From a virus (lineage: Duplodnaviria > Caudoviricetes), in IMG/VR virus record IMGVR_UViG_3300037851_000941, positions 1-64,000 of that record: a DNA stretch of 64,000 bases, one strand, 5' to 3'. The first letter of the stretch is position 1, and each line of letters starts with the position of its first letter. A program made the position numbers and the translations under genes. Positions 9,448 through 20,069 of the stretch are shown in pieces. The notes under the pieces were generated by a model. The model ran no database searches. It saw only the letters and a program-made list of their open reading frames with translations, and had not been told where the DNA came from.

Positions 9448-11957
9448 GCGGTTGTCCCGTCCGTAATGATACCGATGGCCGCCAACTGCGTCAGCAGGCT
9501 GGCGAGCGCCGCGTTGCCGCCCCGGGAGCCCGTGACCGACGGCTGGTTGAACGTGACGTTGACGCCGTTCGACCTGATCTCGACCGCGTTCGACATGACC
9601 CGCATGTCGCCGTTGGCCGGGGTCGCGAAGGCGTCGTCCGGGATCTGCAGGAACCGGAACGCGGTCCCGAACCCCACGCAATGGTCCTCCGGGTTGGTGC
9701 CCTGCCCGATCTGCCAGGAGCCGACCCCGTTGGCGATCACGGCGGCGGTCTCGGCGTGCCCGTACGCGAAGGCCGCGACGCCGTTGGCCTCCACGTTGAA
9801 CCCGTCCGCGTACCCGAACGCGCTGGCCCCGACGGCGGTCGCCTTGATGGAGCCGTCTAGCGCGATGCCCTGCGCCCTGGTGCCGTCGGCCGTCGCTTCG
9901 ATGAAGCCACCAACCGCCGAGTAGTAACTTCCGGCGGTGCCCATGGCGCTGGCGCCGAAGCCAGACGCCAAGATGTGGGCATCATCGTTGTATGCCGAGA
10001 CGATTCCTTGCGCGAAGGCTCCGTCTGCAGACGCCTCGATGTAGTTCGACAGTCCAGTGCCACTGGGGCTGCCCGTAACCTGACCTTGTGCGAACGAGCC
10101 GGAGCCGGTGGCGCGCAACCAGGCGGTGTTAGTCGAGTCCGCTGTTACAGCCCCTTGCGCGAACGAACCCGCTCCCATGGACTCAAGGTACGCGGCGGGA
10201 GTCCCGCCGTAGCCCTGGGCTCGCACGTTGCCTTGCGCGAACGAGCCATAGGAGGTAGCGCGCAGATGCGCGACTCCATCTGCCCATGCAGTGGCGTATC
10301 CTTGCGCGAACGCGGCGAAGCCAGACGCCTCTATCAAGGCATCGGCATCTGACCAAGCTGTTGTGTAGCCTTGTGCAAAGGCGGCGGAAGCCCGCACGGT
10401 TAGGAGAGCTGCGCCGCCCGATCCAACAGCCGCCGCATAACCCTGACAGAACGCACCCCACGCGCCCGATGCAGCCGGCGCCGACACCTCGCCATGCCCA
10501 TCGGTGGCGTAGACGCTCCCAAATACGACAGCACCTCCTATGGCGTTCTCGATGACAGCCTCACCGCCGCTGTCCACCACTGCGTTAGCAGCCAGAAAGT
10601 TGGGCGCGTAGAGGTTGTCGCCTTCACGCACCAGGGTGGCGGTGCCGGTGCCGAAGGTGGAGACGCACCCTATCGTAATGCCGCCGAACGCGCCGTCCAA
10701 TATGGTGGGCAGCGCGCCGTCGGCCGACGGGTCAGCGTTCGCGCCGACAAAGCGGGCCTTATCGACCGCCAGGTTGTCGACCGCCATCTCTTTGAACGAG
10801 AGCTTAGTAACCGCCGCCTGCCCGACTACGATGGCCGGCAGAGTCGAGTATTGGATCTCCTCACCGAAGGTATTGGACAGCGCCAAGTTGCTGACCGTGG
10901 ATGGCGGGTGGTAGTACAGCACCTCCAGCCGCGCGCCCGCGCTGCCGGACTCCAGCGACGTTATGCGCACGGTATCGATATCTAGCTGCACAGCCTCCAG
11001 CACTGTGTCGAGCCCGGCCGCCACGATGGCGGCTTGCCACCTGGCGGCAATCTGCGCGGTCGTCAAGACGGTGCCGGGCGTGTCCAGGTATAGCTCGTTC
11101 GTCTCGTCGACGCAGAGCCCGATCTTGGCGTTCGTCGGCCAGTCGGGACCCATGGAGCGGGTGTTCCTGAACCAGAACTCGGGTATCACCTCGTTCGCCG
11201 CCAGTCGCCCGATGGTCCGCATGCCCGACACGTCGGGTAGCAAGTCTTGGCTCTGCAGCCAGCGGTGTTCGGAGCCCGCGACCGCGTCTGTACCTTCGAC
11301 GTGCTGAGGGTACGGGGCGGGTGGATCACTGAGCCAAGGGTCGCCGAAGACGCCCCGAACCGAGAAGTCCAAACTCTCGTCTGAGCCTGAGGGCAACGAG
11401 TAGATGCGTACCGCCTCGATCTGGCTGGGATAGCGCGGGTCGCCTACCGGGGCCTGTCGGTAGCCATACCAAGCACCGACGGACTGCTCCAGCCCAACGG
11501 TCGGCAGCCACGCCAAGAACTGGCCATAAGCATCGAAAACCGAGGTAGGCCAGAAGCTGAGTGTCTCCGCTGGGGCACCGTTTACCGAGACATCGATCTC
11601 CAGGCCACTTACAAATGGAGACCAGTCCCACGCCGGGAACGTCCAGAACTCGGCCCGGGTCGCATCAACACCGCCCACCACGCTGCCCAGCTTCCGGGTT
11701 ACGTCGGCGTCCGGCACGATGTCCTGGTCCACCGCGCTCAGGTCGGCGCCCATGCTCCAGGTACCGTCAACGCCCTTCTCCCAGATCTTCTGGGCCGTGG
11801 TCTCGACGTACTTGGTGCCTGCAGGAGCACCGACCAGGATGGCGGGCGCCCCGGGGTCGTTCGGGTCGCCGTCGTAGCCGCCGCAGCTAACCGGCGTGAG
11901 CAGGCTTCCCTTGAGCGGCATGTTCGCGCCGATGTAGTCCTCGAACGGTGTGCCCAT
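9444..11957 (-). CDS. Tail fibre / receptor-binding protein with YadA-head-like repeats
   Basis: About 12 x-x-G-[SA]FAQG-type repeats in the C-terminal half; located in the tail module. Confidence 0.7.
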   Translation of the reverse strand: MGTPFEDYIGANMPLKGSLLTPVSCGGYDGDPNDPGAPAILVGAPAGTKYVETTAQKIWEKGVDGTWSMGADLSAVDQDIVPDADVTRKLGSVVGGVDATRAEFWTFPAWDWSPFVSGLEIDVSVNGAPAETLSFWPTSVFDAYGQFLAWLPTVGLEQSVGAWYGYRQAPVGDPRYPSQIEAVRIYSLPSGSDESLDFSVRGVFGDPWLSDPPAPYPQHVEGTDAVAGSEHRWLQSQDLLPDVSGMRTIGRLAANEVIPEFWFRNTRSMGPDWPTNAKIGLCVDETNELYLDTPGTVLTTAQIAARWQAAIVAAGLDTVLEAVQLDIDTVRITSLESGSAGARLEVLYYHPPSTVSNLALSNTFGEEIQYSTLPAIVVGQAAVTKLSFKEMAVDNLAVDKARFVGANADPSADGALPTILDGAFGGITIGCVSTFGTGTATLVREGDNLYAPNFLAANAVVDSGGEAVIENAIGGAVVFGSVYATDGHGEVSAPAASGAWGAFCQGYAAAVGSGGAALLTVRASAAFAQGYTTAWSDADALIEASGFAAFAQGYATAWADGVAHLRATSYGSFAQGNVRAQGYGGTPAAYLESMGAGSFAQGAVTADSTNTAWLRATGSGSFAQGQVTGSPSGTGLSNYIEASADGAFAQGIVSAYNDDAHILASGFGASAMGTAGSYYSAVGGFIEATADGTRAQGIALDGSIKATAVGASAFGYADGFNVEANGVAAFAYGHAETAAVIANGVGSWQIGQGTNPEDHCVGFGTAFRFLQIPDDAFATPANGDMRVMSNAVEIRSNGVNVTFNQPSVTGSRGGNAALASLLTQLAAIGIITDGTTA

Positions 11958-11958
11958 G

Positions 11959-13746
11959 TTAGACCGTCTCCTGCACTGAGGTTATCTGCGCGGTGCCCGA
12001 TGCGTTGGCGTTGACCTGCGGTGTGTCGAGCCAGATCAAGGTCGTGGGGTTCACGCCGGTCGCGTCGATGGTGTAGCCGTCCGTGACGCTGGGCGGCGTG
12101 CCGATGGCCTGCTTGAGCGCCGGCTGGTTGGTGGCCGTGAAGATGCCGGCCGTGACCTTGCTGAAGTCCACGACCTCGGTGCCCAAGGTCGTATTGGGCG
12201 AGAACGCCGGGAACGTGAGGTCGCGCGCCACGAATCCCCCCAGCACGTAGGACTGTGAGCCGCCGGCAGGCGTGTTCTGCACCAGGCCCGCGAGCCCGGT
12301 GGCGACCAGGCCCTCGAACGCGAACGTCCCCTTCTGGTCGGGCACCAGCTCGCTCACCTGGAGCGCCCTGGTCCACGTCGAGGGGCCGCCGGCCCACGAG
12401 CCCAGGAAGGTGCCCCGACTGCCACCGCTGTCGGCGTTGAGCGTCGGCGCACTGATGAGCGGCTGGTTGCTGCTGATCGTGATGGTATGGCTCTGCGCCG
12501 CCGTCCCGTTGTTTCCACCAGAACGTAATCGGGTAGCAGGCTTCAGGATCGTGACGGTCGGGGCCACGTCAGCGATCACCACAACGGCGTTCACGATGGT
12601 CTGACTTCCGTTGGCCTCGCGCTGCAGCGTCATGCGGAAGTTGGTGGTGCTGTTGTTGAACAGCCCGGGATTGCGGCAGGTGACCAGCTTGTTGGCCTCG
12701 AACACGAACACGTTGGGGATCGTGAGCTGAGCACCCGTCGGGTCCGAGTACAGGATGGTGCTGTAGTTGGCGGCCATGTTCTGCACGCCCGGCGCCGGCG
12801 TGCTCTCCACGCCCTTCAGCGCGGCCTGCGTGGGCGGGTACGCGACGCCCGTCACCGAGCCGCTGGGGCGCAGGTCGTTGAGTGTCACGACGTGAACGCC
12901 GTCGGTCGTGCCGCCCCCGTAGTTGGTGTCCCGGGTCGCGGAGTAGGCGAGCGTCACCGCGTCCCGCACCCTGACGCGCGCCGGGAGCTGCTGCGGCGAG
13001 TCGCCCCGGTCGGCGGCCGCCATCGTGACGACTGAGGTCTGGGGGCCGCCCCCGCCCGCCGTCACCGTGCGGGTGACCGACTTGCTGGCGCCGTAGTCCA
13101 GGAACTCCACGCGGTCGAACGGCTTGTCGGCCGTGACCGATACCGAGAAGCTGTCGTCCTCCTTCAGCTCGGTCTGCGGCCCCACGAACCCGACCGGGTA
13201 GCTGCCCGTGAAGAGGGCCTCCGTGATGGTGGGGGGCAGGTCGAGAGCCACCGCGATGGTGTCCCGGGCGCCCTCCTCGCCGTCCGGGGTGATGAGCACG
13301 GCCTCCACGTCACCGGCGACCGGCACCGTGATCGCCACGTCGCCCCGGTAGAGGGCACCAACCCCAACCGGGTCGCGCGGCAGCTCGGCGTCCACGCCGT
13401 GAACGCGGACGAGCGGATAGGAGGCGCGCACCTTCACCAGCAGTCCGGTGGCCGAGCAGGTGACCTCCTGAAGCACGGTGTTGGCCGGCGGGTCCTGGTA
13501 CACCTTGTCCGTCGCCGTGCCGCCGGGGACCGTCACGTCCTCGATGTAGAGCCAGCCGCCCCCGGCCAGCACCGGCTCGTCGTACCAGTGCGCGAGACCG
13601 AAGGCGCGCTTCAGTTGGGATCGTACCGCGTTGAGGTCGTCTTCGACGGTCTCGGCCCCGCTTTCCATGGCGGGGCCGAAGGGCACGTCATCGTCGAAGT
13701 CATCCGATCTGCGAACCTGGTCCTGACGGATCTTCGTGCTGGCCAT
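11959..13746 (-). CDS. Virion structural protein with Ig-like beta domains (595 aa)
   Basis: Thr/Val/Gly-rich; start MASTKIRQDQ at 13746 preceded by an extended -10 motif. Confidence 0.6.
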   Translation of the reverse strand: MASTKIRQDQVRRSDDFDDDVPFGPAMESGAETVEDDLNAVRSQLKRAFGLAHWYDEPVLAGGGWLYIEDVTVPGGTATDKVYQDPPANTVLQEVTCSATGLLVKVRASYPLVRVHGVDAELPRDPVGVGALYRGDVAITVPVAGDVEAVLITPDGEEGARDTIAVALDLPPTITEALFTGSYPVGFVGPQTELKEDDSFSVSVTADKPFDRVEFLDYGASKSVTRTVTAGGGGPQTSVVTMAAADRGDSPQQLPARVRVRDAVTLAYSATRDTNYGGGTTDGVHVVTLNDLRPSGSVTGVAYPPTQAALKGVESTPAPGVQNMAANYSTILYSDPTGAQLTIPNVFVFEANKLVTCRNPGLFNNSTTNFRMTLQREANGSQTIVNAVVVIADVAPTVTILKPATRLRSGGNNGTAAQSHTITISSNQPLISAPTLNADSGGSRGTFLGSWAGGPSTWTRALQVSELVPDQKGTFAFEGLVATGLAGLVQNTPAGGSQSYVLGGFVARDLTFPAFSPNTTLGTEVVDFSKVTAGIFTATNQPALKQAIGTPPSVTDGYTIDATGVNPTTLIWLDTPQVNANASGTAQITSVQETV

Positions 13747-13769
13747 CGCTGCCGATGGTAGCAGCTCGC

Positions 13770-14492
13770 CTAGACCGGAATCGAGCCCCGGATGGTCTGC
13801 AAGGTCGTTACCAGGTCGCGGAGCACCTGAATGCTGGCTGCGAGGTCGTCCGGGTCCATGGCGCCAGGTAGTGGCAAAGGCGGTAGCCCGATGAGGTCGA
13901 GGAAGGCGTTGACCAGCTCGATGAACGGGCTCAGAGCACCGAGGGCCTCCTCGAGCACGCTGAACTGCGTGGCCACGTTCAGCTCGCCCGCATCGATGAC
14001 GCACTGGAGCGCGGGCACCTCCGCGACCACCAGCCGGGCCTCCTCGATCCGCGCCAGCTGCTCCTGGAGCGCCTCTAGCTCGGACACCAGCCCGTCGAGG
14101 GCCTGGATGATCGCGTCGATGATGCCGACGACCATCAGCGGGACCGACAGCTGCGGCACCAGCGCCAGGATCTTGTCCACCTTGCTGGTCAGCTCCTCGA
14201 TGGCCTCGACCAGCACTGTTGGGTCGGGCGGCGGGCCGAGCGAGTCCGGCACGGCGTCGGCGAACTTCTTGAGCGCCAGCAGGACCTCGATGATGCTGAA
14301 GACGGGCGCCAGCGGGGCCAGCGCCGCGTTGACCTGCGCGATGAGCTGCCGGCTAAGCTGAAGGCCGCTCGGGGGCGACATGGTGCTGGGCAGCTGGGCG
14401 CAGATGACGTTGCCGCCCGGCAAGGTGACGCAGAGCCCGCTCGGCCCCGGCGTGATCTCGGCGGTGATCTGACAGAGGTCCGGCAGCGGCAT
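13770..14492 (-). CDS. Hypothetical protein immediately after the spike gene (Cys-containing N-terminus, amphipathic helices)
   Basis: 240 aa ORF with GGAGGAG RBS. Confidence 0.55.
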   Translation of the reverse strand: MPLPDLCQITAEITPGPSGLCVTLPGGNVICAQLPSTMSPPSGLQLSRQLIAQVNAALAPLAPVFSIIEVLLALKKFADAVPDSLGPPPDPTVLVEAIEELTSKVDKILALVPQLSVPLMVVGIIDAIIQALDGLVSELEALQEQLARIEEARLVVAEVPALQCVIDAGELNVATQFSVLEEALGALSPFIELVNAFLDLIGLPPLPLPGAMDPDDLAASIQVLRDLVTTLQTIRGSIPV

Positions 14493-14508
14493 GACGTGCT
14501 CCTCCTGG

Positions 14509-15090
14509 CTAGATCGGGTCCGTGCCCGCGCGCACGACGCGCCCGTTGATCTGCACCTGCAGGGCGCGGATGTCCACGAGCCCCAGCGTCTCGATGCGCA
14601 CGGCCGCCCGGCTCTTGACCGTGATGCCCTCGTTGGTGCCGTCCAGCTCGATCTGGTTCCCGTTGTTCTTGTCCTCGAGGATGAGCGAGGCAGTGGCAGC
14701 GTTGTCGTCGAAGACTACGCGCCATCGCTCGGTCTCCAGCACCCCCACGCTCGCCGCCTCCTCCGGCGGTCGGTCGGCCACCTTGCCGGGCGTCTCCACG
14801 ACGCCGCCGGGCATGCCCCAGTTCGCGCCGATGTAGTAGGGGTGGTCGGGGTCACCTTGGTTGAAGAGGACGGCCACGTCGGCCCCGACGGCGGGCACGA
14901 CGTGCAGCCCGCGCCCCGCGCTGCCGCCTCCGATGGTCAGCGGCCAGACCCAGCCCGACTCGGGCTCCAGCAGGCCCGGTATGCGCACCCGCACCCGGTG
15001 CAGCTTCAGCGGGTCCACCCGGTTGGTCACCACCCCTATCGCCACGCCCGGGAGCCTCGGTCCCGCCTCGGTGTCGTCGAATGCCGGCAT
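14509..15090 (-). CDS. Baseplate central spike, gpV/VgrG-like OB fold
   Basis: IGVVTNRVDPLKLHRVRVRIP...ESGWVWP...VPAVGADVAVLFNQGDPDHPYYIG. Confidence 0.9.
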   Translation of the reverse strand: MPAFDDTEAGPRLPGVAIGVVTNRVDPLKLHRVRVRIPGLLEPESGWVWPLTIGGGSAGRGLHVVPAVGADVAVLFNQGDPDHPYYIGANWGMPGGVVETPGKVADRPPEEAASVGVLETERWRVVFDDNAATASLILEDKNNGNQIELDGTNEGITVKSRAAVRIETLGLVDIRALQVQINGRVVRAGTDPI

Positions 15091-15132
15091 CTACCGTCTC
15101 GCCTCCCGGCCGACATCATGCCTGGCCGCGCC

Positions 15133-16536
15133 TCAGTCGGGAATGCTCATCAGCGCCTCGCCCTCGGTGGTCGTGCTCATGAGGACGGCGGGCCGGTCCA
15201 CGTACTCGTAGACGGGCAGGCCCGACTCCGGGTCAATGGAGATGCGCGGCTCGAGCGATGCCTGCACCTGCCCCGGGGCAGCCTCGGCGGCATCGCCGGC
15301 TGCCGCGCGGTTGTTGCGGTTGCCGCGCTGTGACGGGCCACCATCCAGCAGCTCCAGGCCGGAGACGGTACGGCTCGTGGTGCTGTGCCCGCCGTGACCA
15401 TCCGAGACCATGGTCAGCTGCATCTTGTAGCCGCCCGAGGCCGCGATGGTGTGCTTGACCGACCGCACGTAGTAGCGCACCGACAGGCGCTTGCCGAAAC
15501 CCCGAAGCTCCACGATGGACTTTGCCAGGAGCATTGGGTCGCCGATGGCGGTGAGCTTCATCTTGACCGCCACCTGCTGCGCGCGCCTGGCCAGCCCCTC
15601 GGCCTCCCGGGTGGCCGACAGGGCGTCGGCAGTGGGGCCGGCGTCCTCGGACTCGATTTCGTGCTCCCGCAGCGTGACGGCGCGGGTCTCCGGGTCGATC
15701 ACGATGTCGGGCTCGCCAGGCCCAGGCGGTGCAGTCATTGCGGCGACCTGCTGCGTGGCCCCAATGCCCAGCAGCTCCTGCACGGCCGTCAGCACGTCAC
15801 GCTCGGGCGCCTCGGTGTCGCTGTCGCCCTCTACCGTCTCCTTCGCCAGCGGGTCCCGCGCCGCCCGCCGTACCCGGCCAGGCTTGGCCGTGATGTCATT
15901 CTCCACCTCGAAGCTGACGACCTCGCCCATGCCCGGGTCGGTGTACCACTGGAAGACACGGGTGGGCGGCGCCCCGAAGTCTCGCTTGTGGTAGTGCAGC
16001 CCGGCGGCATCCACGTAGAACTGGAAGCCTTCCAGGCGAGCCAGCCGCATGATGAACTGGGCATCCGTCATGGCTGCCTGATGAATATGGGGCAGCCGCA
16101 CGCCTGTCTCCTCGATCACCTGGGCGCTCTCGCCCCAGCCATACTCGGTGGCGATCTCGCGCACCACGTCCGAGCGAGTCTTGCTCTCGAAGGTGCGCGA
16201 GCGACGCCGGCGGTTCATCAGCTCAGCCACGCTGCGGCCCTCGATCTTCAGCGCCAAGGACCCCTGGACCTTGCCGATGACCACCTCACGCGGCACCGCC
16301 ATGCGCCCCGGGTAACCCCAGCTCACGATGAGCCGGTTGCCCTTCTTCCAGACGGGATCGTCGAAGTGTGCGAGGTCCCGGTTGTCCACGGTCAGGACGC
16401 ACTTGTCCGCGCCGCGCTCCGTGTCCTCGAACTCGAAGCCGAGCAGGCGGTCGCCGAGGTAGAGCCGGTGCTCGCCGGCATCGGACAGCAGGCGCACCCA
16501 GAAGCGCGGTGCGCTCCGGTCGAACTCGACGCTCAC
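15133..16536 (-). CDS. Baseplate hub / late control gene D-like protein
   Basis: GTG start overlapping the LysM stop (GTGA); DKCVLTVDNRD, SWGYPG, QAAMTDAQFIMRLARLEGFQFYVD, GKRLSVRYYVRSVKHTI. Confidence 0.85.
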   Translation of the reverse strand: MSVEFDRSAPRFWVRLLSDAGEHRLYLGDRLLGFEFEDTERGADKCVLTVDNRDLAHFDDPVWKKGNRLIVSWGYPGRMAVPREVVIGKVQGSLALKIEGRSVAELMNRRRRSRTFESKTRSDVVREIATEYGWGESAQVIEETGVRLPHIHQAAMTDAQFIMRLARLEGFQFYVDAAGLHYHKRDFGAPPTRVFQWYTDPGMGEVVSFEVENDITAKPGRVRRAARDPLAKETVEGDSDTEAPERDVLTAVQELLGIGATQQVAAMTAPPGPGEPDIVIDPETRAVTLREHEIESEDAGPTADALSATREAEGLARRAQQVAVKMKLTAIGDPMLLAKSIVELRGFGKRLSVRYYVRSVKHTIAASGGYKMQLTMVSDGHGGHSTTSRTVSGLELLDGGPSQRGNRNNRAAAGDAAEAAPGQVQASLEPRISIDPESGLPVYEYVDRPAVLMSTTTEGEALMSIPD

Positions 16537-16877
16537 TCGCCGCGCCTCCGCTCGGACAAGATCTCCTCCAGCAGCGTGCGGGTGGACGGCACAAACAGGG
16601 TGCGCCCCGTCTCCAGGCGCAGCGTGGGGTCCTGGATCGGGTCGGGCTGGAAGTCGGCCACGACCCACCAGAGGCCGGCCGGCCTGGGCAGCCCGCGAAA
16701 GTACCGGGCGGCGATGTTCCAGAGCGTGTCGCCGTCCTTGACCACATGCGTTCGGTTGTCCGCGAGGGCTCGATAGGCGTAGGTCACCCGGTCGGTCAAG
16801 AACACGGGCTCCTGCTCGTCGGCCGAGAGCCGGATGCCCTGCGTGAACGTGTGTCGGCTGTACCTGCGTGGCGGCAT
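16533..16877 (-). CDS. LysM/gpX-like tail protein
   Basis: HVVKDGDTLWNIAARYF...LWWVVADFQ...IQDPTLRLETGRTLFVPS. Confidence 0.85.
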   Translation of the reverse strand: MPPRRYSRHTFTQGIRLSADEQEPVFLTDRVTYAYRALADNRTHVVKDGDTLWNIAARYFRGLPRPAGLWWVVADFQPDPIQDPTLRLETGRTLFVPSTRTLLEEILSERRRGE

Positions 16878-16881
16878 GTTC

Positions 16882-17391
16882 CTAGCCCAACCTCAGCTCG
16901 TCGTCGTCGTATGCCTGCTCGGAGGTCAGGCGTCGGTCACGAATCTCTGCCACCTGCAGCTGGGCACGGAACTCCACCGACTGCGCCCGGCGGTTGAACC
17001 GCTGGTGCGCGATCTGCACGCTGCGCACCGTACAGGTCAGCGAGAGCATGTGCGGCCACACCAGGAGCACGCGCGGCGGGCCGGCACTGCCCACCTCGTC
17101 GGCCATGCCTATCGGGTAGGCGAGCGAGAGCAGGAAGCGCCGGGCTCGCTCCGCGTCGGCCATGGCGTTGATGCTGCTCACCATGTAGTGCAGCTCGAAG
17201 CTGACGGCGAAGTTGCTGGTGTGCGAGAACTGCGACGGCTGGTGGGACAGGCCGGGCACCGTCTCGTCCTGCCAGTTGGCGGTCACGGACTCCGTGAGCG
17301 TGACCGGGTTGGCCTGCGCCTCGAGCGTCTCGCCGGACGTGATGTTGGTCAGGCTCATGCGCGGCGGGCGGTAGTAGGTCTCGTCGCGCAT
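16882..17391 (-). CDS. Tail tube initiator (gpU/CIS-tube-like)
   Basis: AQANPVTLTESVTANW...GPPRVLLVWP; between tape measure and LysM genes. Confidence 0.7.
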   Translation of the reverse strand: MRDETYYRPPRMSLTNITSGETLEAQANPVTLTESVTANWQDETVPGLSHQPSQFSHTSNFAVSFELHYMVSSINAMADAERARRFLLSLAYPIGMADEVGSAGPPRVLLVWPHMLSLTCTVRSVQIAHQRFNRRAQSVEFRAQLQVAEIRDRRLTSEQAYDDDELRLG

Positions 17392-17394
17392 GGC

Positions 17395-20028
17395 TCAGCC
17401 CTCCTCCCCGATGGAGACCTGCTCGAATCCAGCGGAGGACATGCTGCGCACGGCGCGCTGGTTGGCCGTTGCGAGCACCTCCCCGTCCACCGCCACCGTG
17501 GAATAGAGGTTGATGGTCGCCTGCTCGCGCGGGCGGCTCGATACCGCCGCCAGCAGGTCGCCCATGGTGGACTGCCGGGTCTCCTCGGCCTCGAAACGAC
17601 TCATGGCCTCGGCGCCGGCCGGGAATGCCCCGGCGAGCGAGGGCGCGCTCACAATGGCGGGCGTCTTGGCCTCGGCCACCGTCTCACCTTTCGCAACGAA
17701 CTGACCGCGCTCCTTCGCGAGCCCCAGGCCCTCCAGCGCCGACGCGAGCAGGCGGAACGGCCCCGAGGTCACGAAGGACACCAGCTCCTTTAGGCGGGTC
17801 AGCACCCATACAACCGCGCCGGCGAAGGCCATGAACGCCGAGAAGCCTATGGACACGATGTTGACCACCACGCCCAGCACCACGGCCACGCCCTTGGCGA
17901 TGGCGATGATCGCCCCGAGGTTGTCGGCGAACCCGTCCGCGCTCTCGCCGGTCAGCCCGAGGTTGTCCATGAGCTGCGTGAACAGGAACCCCATCATGGT
18001 CACGAACACGTCCATGAAGGGCTGGATGACGCTCCAGAACACGCCGGCCACCTCGACGAACCCGTCGATAAGCTGGCGCACCACCGGACCCCACTTCTCC
18101 CAGATGGACTCGCCGGCCGCCCACATTGCCTGGCCGGCACCGACCGCCCAGGTGGCGAACTCGGTGAGCCGCGTAACCACGTCGAGCACGGCCACGGCCA
18201 CCTTGCCCAGCACCTCGCCCATCACGCGCCCTCGACCGGCCACCTCCTCGGACGGCCCACCGGCGAAGGACTGCGCCGACTCGCTCACGAAGCCCAGGGC
18301 GCCACCGAGCGCGGTGACGGCAGTCACCAAGGCGTCGAAGGCGCCACGGTTGTTCTCCATGAACGTGCCGAAGCCCTCGGTGATGCCCTGGATGAAACGC
18401 TGGATGCGGAACCCCGCCGCGTACAGGGTGGAGATGAGGCGCAGCACGCCCGCGTTCTCCACGCGCTGAAGCTCCGATGCCACCTCGCCGGAGATGGCGC
18501 CGGAAGCGAACAGCTGCGTGAGGCCGTGGAACGCCAGCCGGCCCGCGTTGTAGAGGCGGTCGAAGGTATCGCCCAGCCCCCCGATGTTGCGCCGAATGGC
18601 GAGGGCCATCGAGGCCACCGCCACGCCCACGGCCGCAGCAGCAGCGATGAGCGGGATGGCCGCCGCCGCGATCCCCGCCATGACCGTGAGCAGCGTCTGG
18701 AGCACCGGCAGGAGCAGCGTGATAGTGAGCCCGACGACGGCCAGGCCACCGAAGGCGAACATGGCGAGGCCGACCGCGCCCGCCGTGCCTGCCATCGCGG
18801 TCTGCACGGCCTTCGGCAGGGCGTCGAACAGGCGAATGACGGTGTTTAGACCGTTGGTCAGCACCTCGATGAGCGGCTTGAAGACCCGCGCCGCCGGCTC
18901 GCCGAACACCACGCCCATGGTCTGCAGGGTGCCCTCGAGCAGCGTCTTCTGGCCCTCGAAGGTGTCGAGGAGCCTGGCCCGGAAGCCGGCCGCCGTGCCC
19001 CCGGCATCGGCCATCGCGTCGCGCAGGGCGGCGATGGCGTCCCGGCCCTGCAGCGTCACTTGACGCCCGTCGCGCATGGTCGTGAAGGCGGCGCTTTCCA
19101 TGGCCGAGAAAGCCAGCAGGCCGCGCGCCCCGGCCGCCTGCACGACGATGCGCCCCTTCTCCTCGTCGGTCATGGAGCGCGTCGCGTCCACCAGGTCCAG
19201 CATGATGTCCACCACGCTGCGCATCTCGCCGGACTGCTCCTCGAAGATGCGCACGCCGGCTGCCGCCACCGCCTCCTGGGCGCCCTGGTCGGAGGCGAGG
19301 CGCCGCGTGGCCTCCCGGAACGCGGTGGCCGACGAGCTGGCGTCGATGTTCCGGTTGCGCAGCATGCCGACCGTGATGAGCACGTCGTCCAGGCTGGTGC
19401 CGAAGGTCGCGCCCGCAGCCGCCGCCTTGGCCAGGCCGATCTCGAAGTCCCGTGCCTGGAAGTTGGTGAGCTGCGTGATGCGCAGCAGCTTGTCGGTGAC
19501 GGTCGTGGCGCGCTCGGCCGCCATCCCGTAGGCATTCAGCGTGCCCACCACGGCCGATGCCGCCTCGCCGACGGCCAGCTGCCCCAGAGAGCCGGCTGCC
19601 AGATCGAGGACGGGGATGAGCGTCGCCGTGGCCTGCTGCGCGGTCTGCCCGGCCGTGGCCAGGCTCAACAGGCCCTCAACCGCCTGGTCCGGCGAGAACT
19701 GCGTCGCGATGCCCGCGTCGATGGCCGAGCGCCGAAGGGACTCGAGGTCCGCTGCTGTGGCCCGCGTAACCGAGGCCACCCCGGCCAGGCTGCGCTCGAA
19801 GTTGCCAGCGAGGTTGGCCAGGCTGAAGAGGCCCGTCATGGTCCCGGCGCCGGCAGCCATGGTGGCCAGCGCACCGCCCAGACCCAGGGCGGCGGCCTGC
19901 ATCACGCTCGCCGTCGTGGAGGTCTGGCGCTGCACCCCGACCAAGGACTGATTAACGGTGCGCATCTGCGCCGACGCCTGGTCGGTCGCACTGAATACGA
20001 ACCCGAGACCGTAGGAGTTCAGAGCGAT
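17395..20028 (-). CDS. Tape measure protein (TP901-like core), probable ATC start
   Basis: [31 protein letters not shown], hydrophobic helices. The frame is open to an in-frame TAA upstream and reads ATC GCT CTG AAC ([19 protein letters not shown]) behind a GGAGGG RBS. Confidence 0.9.
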   Translation of the reverse strand: MALNSYGLGFVFSATDQASAQMRTVNQSLVGVQRQTSTTASVMQAAALGLGGALATMAAGAGTMTGLFSLANLAGNFERSLAGVASVTRATAADLESLRRSAIDAGIATQFSPDQAVEGLLSLATAGQTAQQATATLIPVLDLAAGSLGQLAVGEAASAVVGTLNAYGMAAERATTVTDKLLRITQLTNFQARDFEIGLAKAAAAGATFGTSLDDVLITVGMLRNRNIDASSSATAFREATRRLASDQGAQEAVAAAGVRIFEEQSGEMRSVVDIMLDLVDATRSMTDEEKGRIVVQAAGARGLLAFSAMESAAFTTMRDGRQVTLQGRDAIAALRDAMADAGGTAAGFRARLLDTFEGQKTLLEGTLQTMGVVFGEPAARVFKPLIEVLTNGLNTVIRLFDALPKAVQTAMAGTAGAVGLAMFAFGGLAVVGLTITLLLPVLQTLLTVMAGIAAAAIPLIAAAAAVGVAVASMALAIRRNIGGLGDTFDRLYNAGRLAFHGLTQLFASGAISGEVASELQRVENAGVLRLISTLYAAGFRIQRFIQGITEGFGTFMENNRGAFDALVTAVTALGGALGFVSESAQSFAGGPSEEVAGRGRVMGEVLGKVAVAVLDVVTRLTEFATWAVGAGQAMWAAGESIWEKWGPVVRQLIDGFVEVAGVFWSVIQPFMDVFVTMMGFLFTQLMDNLGLTGESADGFADNLGAIIAIAKGVAVVLGVVVNIVSIGFSAFMAFAGAVVWVLTRLKELVSFVTSGPFRLLASALEGLGLAKERGQFVAKGETVAEAKTPAIVSAPSLAGAFPAGAEAMSRFEAEETRQSTMGDLLAAVSSRPREQATINLYSTVAVDGEVLATANQRAVRSMSSAGFEQVSIGEEG

Positions 20029-20049
20029 GGGGGCACCCTCCAGCGCACC

Positions 20050-20055
20050 ATCTTA
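20050..20055 (-). promoter_or_regulatory. Putative -10 box (TAAGAT) upstream of the tape measure gene
   Basis: Followed by a short leader containing GGAGGG and then ATC. Confidence 0.4.
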
Positions 20056-20069
20056 CCTGGCGCCGGCCT

